Origin: Candidatus Nealsonbacteria bacterium
GTDB lineage: Bacteria > Patescibacteriota > Minisyncoccia > Minisyncoccales > RBG-13-36-15
Direction of reading: 5' to 3'
Length of the DNA stretch: 47,324 nt
Assembly: GCA_011050465.1 (NCBI GenBank)
Contig: DRFQ01000001.1
Location: 180,860-228,183 of the forward strand
Shown: positions 24,167 to 31,331 of the stretch, piece after piece
Position numbering within the stretch: the stretch's first letter is position 1
Layout of the letters: every line of letters begins with the position of its first letter
Position numbers and translations under genes: made by a program
Notes under the pieces: model-generated
Database searches by the model: none
Told to the model about the DNA's origin: nothing
Seen by the model: the letters and a program-made list of their open reading frames with translations, nothing else

Positions 24167-24357
24167 TATAAAGAAGGGGCGGGGGTTCTGTACCAATCCT
24201 GGGTTGTTGTATTGGAGTTACAACGGCTTGAGTCGATAGGCGGCTTCGCCTTACAGCCCCTAAAAATTCACAATACCTATCGGGATTGGTACGGGGTGAG
24301 CATTCCCATCACCCGCCCCAAAGACCAAAGGACTAACCACCAATCAAGCTAAAACCC

Positions 24358-24386
24358 TTGACAATCATTACAGGATAGGCTATTAT
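24358..24386 (+). promoter_or_regulatory. Promoter TTGACA-17-TATTAT
   Basis: Upstream of the 3D-domain gene. The leader contains a CCCCTTTAAGGGG hairpin. Confidence 0.55.
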
Positions 24387-24413
24387 GATACAACCCCTTT
24401 AAGGGGTTTTAAA

Positions 24414-24947
24414 ATGGATAAAAACTCAGAAAAACTTCCTATTTTAAGCAAAAAATTGATGGTAAATAGCCTGATTTTTCTAATAGTTATTTATTTATTA
24501 GGATTCTTTCCTTTATTGGCTAGTCAAAAAGACGAGGTTAACTTTAAAGCATCTTTAGAGGAAAATTTTGTTTTCTCTAAATCCACTATTATTCAAGGAA
24601 ATAGCCTTTTGCCGCCTGTAAATCCTCTTTTAGTTAGAGAAATTAAAGTGGCAAGGACAATAAAGGTTGTGGTTACAGCTTATTCAAGTTCTCCCTGGGA
24701 AACAGATGATACTCCTTATTTGACAGCTTCAGGATCTATGGTTAGAGATGGTATTGTGGCCACCAATATCTTGCCTTTCGGGACAAAAATTAGACTTTCT
24801 TCTCTTTATGGTGATAAAATTTTTGTTGTTGAAGATAGAATGAACCCTAGAAAAGGTTATCAGGTTGATATTTGGCATTCTTCTCATTGGGAGGCGAAAC
24901 AATTTGGCGTTAAGTTGGCTGAGATGGAGATAATCGAGGAAGGATAA
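24414..24947 (+). CDS. 3D-domain (MltA/RlpA-like) cell-wall protein
   Basis: TM anchor plus VVVTAYSSSPWETDDTPYLTASG....ATN..PFGTKI....VVEDRM....VDIW. Confidence 0.8.
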   Translation: MDKNSEKLPILSKKLMVNSLIFLIVIYLLGFFPLLASQKDEVNFKASLEENFVFSKSTIIQGNSLLPPVNPLLVREIKVARTIKVVVTAYSSSPWETDDTPYLTASGSMVRDGIVATNILPFGTKIRLSSLYGDKIFVVEDRMNPRKGYQVDIWHSSHWEAKQFGVKLAEMEIIEEG

Positions 24948-24965
24948 GAAGATTTTTTAATAAGA

Positions 24966-25000
24966 TAAAAAAGCCCGCACCACACGGTGCGGGTTTTTTT
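24966..25000 (+). terminator. Intrinsic terminator (GCCCGCACC-acac-GGTGCGGGT + T7)
   Basis: Perfect 9-bp G+C-rich stem followed by TTTTTTT. It shares its stem sequence with hairpins in the tRNA clusters. Confidence 0.85.
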
Positions 25001-25089
25001 GGTGCCGAGGGCGGGACTTGCACCCGCAAGGAGGGATTACCTCCACAAGATTTTAAGTCTTGCGTGTCTGCTAATTTCACCACCTCGGC
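25000..25089 (-). tRNA. tRNA-Leu (anticodon TAA), type II, CCA encoded, atypical D/T loops
   Basis: GCCGAGG/CCTCGGC acceptor, loop CTTAAAA. T-loop TGCAAGT; D-loop AATTAGCAGA lacks GG. Confidence 0.85.
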
Positions 25090-25098
25090 AAAACCTTG

Positions 25099-25171
25099 AG
25101 GCCTGGGCGGGAATTGCACCCGCGTATAAGGGTTTTGCAGACCCTCGCCTTAGCTACTTGGCTACCAGGCC
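25099..25171 (-). tRNA. tRNA-Cys (anticodon GCA), atypical D/T loops
   Basis: GGCCTGG/CCAGGCC acceptor, U73 discriminator, loop CTGCAAA. T-loop TGCAATT; D-loop AAGTAGCTAA lacks GG. Confidence 0.85.
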
Positions 25172-25195
25172 AACATTTATTTTAGTATTTTTTTA

Positions 25196-25293
25196 TTAAT
25201 TGCGGTAGCAATTACAAGGAGGAGCGAAGCGACGACTGGTTTGCTTAATTGCGGTAGCAATTACAAGGAGGAGCGAAGCGACGACTGGTTTGT
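25196..25293 (+). repeat. Tandem duplication (2 x 49 bp) of the intergenic repeat family
   Basis: TTAATTGCGGTAGCAATTACAAGGAGGAGCGAAGCGACGACTGGTTTGC twice; the last base differs. Confidence 0.9.
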
Positions 25294-25301
25294 ATTTTCT
25301 T

Positions 25302-25643
25302 TTAACCGTTTTTCTCAACTTTTTCTAAAAGCTCTTCAATTCTAGCTGCTTCTCGGGTTTTTTCCTCCTCAACGAATGTTATTTTCGGCACTTTTCTTAT
25401 AATTAATAGTTGATTAATTTTATTTTGAAGAAAAGAAACATTTTTGTTTAGTATCTGGAAAATCTTTGAAAAATATTTTTCCGGGATAACGCTAATATAA
25501 ATTTTGGCCTGACTTAAACCAGTTGAGATTTGAACCCTAGTGACAGTTACCAAAACATCTTTTGGAAATTCAATTTCTTTCAGTAGAAGCCGAGCAACCT
25601 CTCTCTTGACAAGTTCGTTAAGGCGTTGAATACGTTTAGACAT
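25302..25643 (-). CDS. rbfA: Ribosome-binding factor A
   Basis: 113 aa with RLNELVKREVARLL....VTVTRVQIS.....AKIYISV. Confidence 0.88.
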   Translation of the reverse strand: MSKRIQRLNELVKREVARLLLKEIEFPKDVLVTVTRVQISTGLSQAKIYISVIPEKYFSKIFQILNKNVSFLQNKINQLLIIRKVPKITFVEEEKTREAARIEELLEKVEKNG

Positions 25644-25645
25644 TT

Positions 25646-27166
25646 TTATAGTTCTCCCTTCTGCCTTTCTTCGGTATAAATTAACAGAATATCTCCACTC
25701 TCGACCTTAATATCTCCCTCAAACAGTATCCCGCATTCCTCTCCTCTTGCGCATTGGTCAATATCTTTTTTGTTTTTTTGAAGATTAAGTAATTTCCCCT
25801 TGCCAATTTTTTCTTCTTCTACACCTTTTCCCGCAGAGGTTGATCGAAAGACTTCAATTAGCCCTCCTTTTTTTACTTTCCCTTCGATTACTCTCCCGCC
25901 GATAATTTGACGATTCTTCTCTGTTTTGAAAACAATTAAAATCTTAACTTTTCCAAGGTCGGTTCTGATAGCCTTGGACTCTAATCGTCTTTCCATAACT
26001 TGTCTTATTCCTTGCGATAATTCATAAATTATTTCGAAATTCATAATTTTTATTTTCTCTCTTTCTGCCAACTGTTTTGCAATAGGATTTATTTTTATAC
26101 GGAAACCTAAAATTTTGGCCTTACTTGATTTAGCTAATTTGATATCAGACTCATGAATTTCTCCAACCTCTTTTTTTAGCATTCTTAGAATAACTTTCTC
26201 CTGAGGAAGATTTTTCAAAAGACCATCAATTGCTTCTAGAGAACCAACGGCGTCGGCCTTTAAAATTAAATTTAAAACCTTTTTTTCTGGAGTAATAAAA
26301 AATACGGGCGGTTCTTCTTTTTTCTTTTCTTTCTTTTTGAGATATTCTTGAGCTAACTCTATATTTGGAAATATTTTAAATTTTTCTCCCACCCGGGGAA
26401 CCTCTTCAAAACCCAAGATAATAACCGGCATTGAAGGAAAAGCTTCTGTGATTGGTCTGTTTCGGAAATCTTCCAAAATTTTAATTTTACCCAAAACAGA
26501 AGAAGTAGCAATATTATCACCTACCCTTAATACCCCATTGCTTAAAAGTAGAGTTGCCATCGGACCTCTCTGATTGTCTAAATAGGCCTCAATTACCATG
26601 CCTTCGGCTGATTTTCCTAAGTCTCCTTTTAATACTTCTATTTCAGCTATTAATAGAATTACCTCCAAAAGCTCTTCAATGTTCTGACCAGTTTTAGCAG
26701 ACAATTCGACCGAAGGAATTTTTCCTCCCATTGATTCAACTAAAACGCCTTCCTGAGATAATTCCCGTTTAACCTTTTCTGGATTCGCCCCAGGTTTATC
26801 GATTTTATTTAAGGCTATAATCATTGGAATGCTTGATTTTTTTATCCAAGAAAGTGCTTCTTTAGTTTGAGTCTTTATTCCTTCTGAGGCATCTATGACT
26901 AGAATAGCTAAATCAGCAACCCCGGCTCCTCTCGATCTCATAGCCGAAAAAGCTTCATGACCAGGAGTATCAATGAAAGTAATTTTTTTACCATCTTTTT
27001 CGATTTCGTAAGCTCCAATATGTTGAGTAATACCGCCTGCTTCTTTCTCGGCCACATGATCTTTGCGGATATAGTCTAAAATCGAAGTTTTGCCATGATC
27101 AACATGACCCAGAATAACCACTACTGGTGGGCGGGTTGTTAAATTTTCACTTTGTTTTTCAGTCAT
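25646..27166 (-). CDS. infB: Translation initiation factor IF-2 (short form lacking the N-terminal domains)
   Basis: GHVDHGKTS, DTPGHEAF, NKIDK. Start set at MTEKQSEN because the upstream ORF extension covers a repeat copy. Confidence 0.9.
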   Translation of the reverse strand: MTEKQSENLTTRPPVVVILGHVDHGKTSILDYIRKDHVAEKEAGGITQHIGAYEIEKDGKKITFIDTPGHEAFSAMRSRGAGVADLAILVIDASEGIKTQTKEALSWIKKSSIPMIIALNKIDKPGANPEKVKRELSQEGVLVESMGGKIPSVELSAKTGQNIEELLEVILLIAEIEVLKGDLGKSAEGMVIEAYLDNQRGPMATLLLSNGVLRVGDNIATSSVLGKIKILEDFRNRPITEAFPSMPVIILGFEEVPRVGEKFKIFPNIELAQEYLKKKEKKKEEPPVFFITPEKKVLNLILKADAVGSLEAIDGLLKNLPQEKVILRMLKKEVGEIHESDIKLAKSSKAKILGFRIKINPIAKQLAEREKIKIMNFEIIYELSQGIRQVMERRLESKAIRTDLGKVKILIVFKTEKNRQIIGGRVIEGKVKKGGLIEVFRSTSAGKGVEEEKIGKGKLLNLQKNKKDIDQCARGEECGILFEGDIKVESGDILLIYTEERQKGEL

Positions 27167-27204
27167 AATATTGGAATAAAAATCCGAAATTCTAATATCG
27201 AAAT

Positions 27205-27246
27205 ACAAACCACTCGCTTCGCTTGCTGTAATTGCCCTACAATTAA
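27205..27246 (-). repeat. Copy of the 47-49-bp intergenic repeat in the infB upstream region
   Basis: CAAACCACTCGCTTCGCTTGCTGTAATTGCCCTACAATTAA. Confidence 0.7.
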
Positions 27247-27345
27247 ACGAAACAAATTCAAAATTCAAATGTTCAAAACTCAAGACTCCTTTGTTCGTTT
27301 AAGTTTTTAATGATTTGATATTGTTTAGAATTTCGAATTTAGGAT

Positions 27346-27807
27346 TTAAGCCACTATGGCTTTTTGGATTGCCTCTTTTTCTTCTTCAGAAAGTGGATAT
27401 TCTGACTTTCCGTTATTCACCGATTTGGCATAAACCTGGTTTCCTTCTTGGCTATAAATTGAGGTTATGACAAAGCCGTTGTTGCCTAAATCAAGCAAGG
27501 CGATTGAAAAACTTTGATCACCTCCGATATTTTTAAAAGGATTAAATCTAACCAAGCTAATTTTTTGGAAACTTTTTTGGGACTGCCCTTTTAGTCTTGA
27601 AATCTCTTCGGAAATTTTTTTAATATCCTTTTCTTGTTCCTCTAATTTCTTCAATTGGCTCGCCAGAAGCTTTTCTAGGTCTTCTTCCCCTTTTTTAAAA
27701 AACAAATCAAACTTTTTCTTCAATTTAAAGCAATAAACAGTCAATCCAAAAACGAGAACTATCAAGAAACCAAGAACTATTAAAATGTAAATCAGAACAT
27801 CTTCCAT
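27346..27807 (-). CDS. DUF4446-family membrane protein
   Basis: TM helix, coiled coil, then VRFNPFKNIGGDQSFSIALLD...GFVITS......YAK. Confidence 0.75.
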   Translation of the reverse strand: MEDVLIYILIVLGFLIVLVFGLTVYCFKLKKKFDLFFKKGEEDLEKLLASQLKKLEEQEKDIKKISEEISRLKGQSQKSFQKISLVRFNPFKNIGGDQSFSIALLDLGNNGFVITSIYSQEGNQVYAKSVNNGKSEYPLSEEEKEAIQKAIVA

Positions 27808-27866
27808 TGGCTTTACATAGTAGTAAAATATAACTTATTTTTTCAATTTGGACGGCGAGAGAAGGA

Positions 27867-27952
27867 CCAGAGCACTAAAAGTTTTTAGTGCCAAAACACT
27901 AAAATACTTTAGTGCTCGGCCGAGCACATAAGATAAATTTTATGTGCTCTGG
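27867..27952. repeat. Inverted-repeat-bounded cluster of three hairpins (CCAGAGCAC ... GTGCTCTGG)
   Basis: GCACTAAAA-g-TTTTTAGTGC, CACTAAA-atac-TTTAGTG, GAGCACATAA-gataaatt-TTATGTGCTC. Shares CCAGAGCACT with 21230. Confidence 0.6.
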
Positions 27953-28008
27953 TTCGAACTCTTGATGACTTTTAACTATGGTGGTTTTTTTGCGACCCCG
28001 TAAGAAAG

Positions 28009-28096
28009 CGGTGGGGGTGAGATTTGAACTCACGGTAGCCTTCACGACTACAATGGTTTTCGAAACCATCTCTTTAAACCACTCAGACACCCCACC
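28009..28096 (-). tRNA. tRNA-Ser (anticodon CGA), type II
   Basis: GGTGGGG/CCCCACC acceptor, G73, loop TTCGAAA, long variable arm. Confidence 0.88.
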
Positions 28097-28244
28097 ATTT
28101 TTCTACGGTGTCACTTTGGCATCCCGCCGAATCTATCTAAAATACCACTTTTTTAATTGAAAATCAATCCTTTAACCAGCTTAGGATTAATACTGAGTTG
28201 TATTGAAGTATCAATGAAGCTTTTATGAAGCCGACGATTTTTCA

Positions 28245-29201
28245 TTAGATATTAAGCAAAAAGTCATTATCAATTGATATTTTTCGGGGCAAAAAGAAAG
28301 AAAAATTATTCCCGCCACGGAAAACCAGCGTTTTAGCAAGCTTGCCAAAGAAAATTTTTGGGAGGAAAAAAATACTGGCTTCACGGCGATATCTATCAAA
28401 ATCGGGGAAATTTTTTATTAGAATATTAGCCGCAGTTAACCCCCAAATTATTCCTCCTCCAGACCAAGGTTTGGTTAGGCCGGCAGCATCGCCGCAGAGA
28501 GTAATATTTTTATTTTTCGGTAAAATTAAACTCTGGGGAACTATGGCTGACTTCAATTCACTTTGGTGAAAATTTATTTTCTGGTTTTGACAAAATTTTT
28601 CAAATTTTTTCTTGATAGAATTCAAAGATCCCAAGGCCCCATATTCAACATGAGAACCTCGGGGAATTTTCCAAAAAAACCCTTCTTTTATCGGCCAAGC
28701 CCTGACATAATCTGAAGAGTCTTTGATTGGTAAAAAGAACTGAAGGCCGAGTCGGAAAAAGGGTTGCGATAAAGAAAGTTTTTTTCTTATTTTTGACAAA
28801 GCTCCATCGCAACCGATAACCTTATCAAACCCAGACGGAATTTCATTAACCGATTGATCTAATAAAATTTTTACTCCTGATTTTTGAGCAAGATCAAAAA
28901 GGAATTCAGTGAGTTTTCGGCGATTTATAACCAAATATGTCGGATTTAAATTTAAGGCTACAGTCTTTTTAGGAAAGTGAATAAGGCAAGCATTAATCTT
29001 GTTCTCAATTAAAGATTGGTTGAGGGGAAAGAAACTTCTTAATCTTTCAGATATTAACGATGAACAAATTTTTTCTTCGATTCCACTCTTTTTTTCAAGG
29101 ACAGTAACTTTATGGCCAATTTGAGACAATTGCCAGGCCAAATAAAGACCGATTATTCCTGCTCCAACAATAACAGTGTTCTGAGGTTTGTTTTGGCTCA
29201 T
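28245..29201 (-). CDS. FAD-dependent oxidoreductase (geranylgeranyl-reductase-like)
   Basis: N-terminal VIVGAGIIGLYLAWQLSQIGHKVTVLEKK Rossmann motif and GDAAG near the C-terminus. Confidence 0.8.
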   Translation of the reverse strand: MSQNKPQNTVIVGAGIIGLYLAWQLSQIGHKVTVLEKKSGIEEKICSSLISERLRSFFPLNQSLIENKINACLIHFPKKTVALNLNPTYLVINRRKLTEFLFDLAQKSGVKILLDQSVNEIPSGFDKVIGCDGALSKIRKKLSLSQPFFRLGLQFFLPIKDSSDYVRAWPIKEGFFWKIPRGSHVEYGALGSLNSIKKKFEKFCQNQKINFHQSELKSAIVPQSLILPKNKNITLCGDAAGLTKPWSGGGIIWGLTAANILIKNFPDFDRYRREASIFFLPKIFFGKLAKTLVFRGGNNFSFFLPRKISIDNDFLLNI

Positions 29202-29341
29202 TTAAGGTTTTTTAACTTTTGAATTTAATCCCGTCCTTCGCGAAACGGGGGCGGGGAAGCCTGTGGACTTGGGGGGAACTCGAACCCCCGATTCCGCACC
29301 AGAACAAGTTCGGTACGAGGCAACCTCTTCTTAAATTTCTA

Positions 29342-29412
29342 TGGACCCACGGGGAATTGAACCCCGGACTCGTCCATGCCATGGACGCGTGTTACCCCTA
29401 TACCATGGGCCC
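29342..29412 (-). tRNA. tRNA-Ala (anticodon GGC)
   Basis: GGGCCCA/TGGGTCC acceptor with G3:U70, loop ATGGCAT, T-loop TTCAATT. Confidence 0.82.
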
Positions 29413-29544
29413 ATGTGTCCCCGAAAGGAGTCCGAACTTAGGCCTTGCGCTAGAGCCAAGCTCAGTGCGGGGTAAAAGCCTCTTGCCTGCCGTGCACCAT
29501 ATCTTTATGTCTTCCCGGGAGGAGTTCTCACCCCGTCCTTTTTA

Positions 29545-29617
29545 TGCCCTCGGGAGGAATCGAACCTCCATTAGCGGCTTAGGAGTCCGCGGTTCTAATC
29601 CGTTGAACTACGAGGGC
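29545..29617 (-). tRNA. tRNA-Arg (anticodon CCT)
   Basis: GCCCTCG/CGAGGGC acceptor, loop CTCCTAA, T-loop TTCGATT. Confidence 0.88.
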
Positions 29618-29873
29618 AAAAGTGGCGGGGCGGGCTCCCCAACCTTCTCCTTAGGACGAAGCCGTTCTATTTGCCCCGCACCGAACTTGTTCTGGTGCGG
29701 GATCCAATTGAGCTGCGAGGAGATATTGGTGCGGATTGTTCTACTTGCCCCGCACTTAAATGCAAAGCATTTATAGTGTCGGGGTCCGTTGAACCATGGG
29801 GGGCAAATTCAAAATTATAATATCAAATTTCTTTCTTGTTGACAAGCTTTCTCTCTGTTATAATTGATGTGTA

Positions 29874-30902
29874 ATGTTAGAAAAATCTCCAATAATTGAA
29901 ATTGCAAAAAGGATTTGTCCAGCGGTGATTACCATTGTTGTTTCCAAAGACCTGCCAAAAATTGAAGGATTTTTTTTGATGCCTTATGGCGAAGGAGGAG
30001 TTATTATGCCGAAAATACAGAAAGGCAGGAAAGAAAGAACAAAAATTGGCGGGGGATCTGGTTTTGTCATTTCTTCTGATGGCCTTGTTTTAACTTCCCA
30101 GCATGTAGTTTCTGACCCCGAAGCTGAATATACCGTTGTTTTGGAACCGACCAAGAAATATTCAGCCAAGATTTTGGCTCGTGATCCAATTAACGACATT
30201 GCCATTTTAAAAATAAAGGCTAAAGAACTTCCTTGCTTGGAGCTTGGCGATTCAGGTAAAATTGAGCTCGGCCAGACAGTGGTAGCGGTAGGAAATGCCT
30301 TGGGAGAATTCCACGATACTATAAGCACCGGCATTGTTTCTGGTTTAAGCAGATATATTACAGCTTTTAGCGGTTTAGCTTCTCAGGCCGAAAGTTTGAG
30401 AGGATTAATCCAGACAGATGCTGCCATTAATCCTGGGAACTCAGGGGGACCTTTGGTTGATATTGAAGGAAAAGTTATTGGTATAAACACTGCCATGATT
30501 ATGGGAGCCCAGAATATTGGCTTTGCTATTCCTATTAATTGTGCTAAAAAAGACTTAGAAGAAGTTAAAAAATACGGAAAAATTATAATTCCATTTTTAG
30601 GAGTAAGATACATTATTTTAAGTAAAGAAATTTCTAAAAAAAATAAGCTGCCGGTAGATTATGGAGCCTTTGTAATGCGAGAAACTTTAGGGGAATCGCC
30701 AATAGTCAAAGGGTCTTCGGCCGATAAAGCCGGCATTCAGGAATTTGATATAATTTTGGAAATGGGAAATGAGAAAATCACAATGAAAACCCCCTTGTCA
30801 GGCATTCTACAGAAATCCAAAATAGGAGATGAAATAAATTTAAAAGTTTTAAGAAAAGGAAAAACAATAGCCATAAAGGTAAGGCTGGAAGAGAAAAAAT
30901 AA
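29874..30902 (+). CDS. HtrA/DegP-family serine protease with a PDZ domain
   Basis: GSGFVISSDGLVLTSQHV, DIAILK, GNSGGPLV, and a C-terminal PDZ-like segment. Confidence 0.88.
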   Translation: MLEKSPIIEIAKRICPAVITIVVSKDLPKIEGFFLMPYGEGGVIMPKIQKGRKERTKIGGGSGFVISSDGLVLTSQHVVSDPEAEYTVVLEPTKKYSAKILARDPINDIAILKIKAKELPCLELGDSGKIELGQTVVAVGNALGEFHDTISTGIVSGLSRYITAFSGLASQAESLRGLIQTDAAINPGNSGGPLVDIEGKVIGINTAMIMGAQNIGFAIPINCAKKDLEEVKKYGKIIIPFLGVRYIILSKEISKKNKLPVDYGAFVMRETLGESPIVKGSSADKAGIQEFDIILEMGNEKITMKTPLSGILQKSKIGDEINLKVLRKGKTIAIKVRLEEKK

Positions 30903-31159
30903 AGGAATAAAAATTAAAATCTTAAAAACTCGTCTAGATGGCGGGTTTTTTGATTCGGTCAATCAGGCCAGATTATTTGTCCGTCCGACTTGTCCGCCGA
31001 AAGTTTACCCCGCTAGAAAGCCCCACCCCTTGGGGTGGGAATGAATATAATCCCGCCACCTTGTTTTAAGAAAGGGCGGGGTTTAAAGTCCCCCTTTCTA
31101 ACGGGGTTTACTGAAGGTGGAAGTCTTGACGAAGGAGGACTTGTTCTTCCTTTAATACT

Positions 31160-31331
31160 AGGCTTGCCATTCCGTAGCCTTGGCTGAGGATGGGTCAGGT
31201 AATGGACGCAGCATTCAGAACCGTGGATTGGGTTAAGATTAGGGAAAGTCTTAGAGATTTGGAGCCTCTTATGGGTATTTATCTGACTCCTTTGGCTGGA
31301 CGGCGTTAGGACCTTGTTTTAGTCTAAAAAC
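31160..31331. repeat. Conserved module behind a paralogous surface-protein gene (copy 1)
   Basis: 31160-31311 is identical to 32553-32701 except for one 3-nt indel. Weaker similarity continues to the stop codon. Confidence 0.9.

Noticed and set aside
24009-25199. ORFs 24009-24239, 24910-25119 and 24987-25199
   Set aside because: Each overlaps a tRNA gene (Gly-GCC, Leu-TAA, Cys-GCA) or a terminator. None has coding features.
25196-25293. Possible CRISPR array
   Set aside because: There are only two directly abutting 49-bp units with no spacers. The same unit is dispersed singly elsewhere, and there are no cas genes in the window.
25646-27283. Longer infB ORF starting at 27283
   Set aside because: The extra 39 codons translate a copy of the intergenic repeat (NCRAITASEASG, the same peptide string as produced by the copy at 15855). 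The conserved IF-2 G-domain follows MTEKQSEN.
29219-29776. 185-aa plus-strand ORF
   Set aside because: It runs antisense through two well-folded tRNA genes and hairpin repeats. It is an artefact of locally high G+C.
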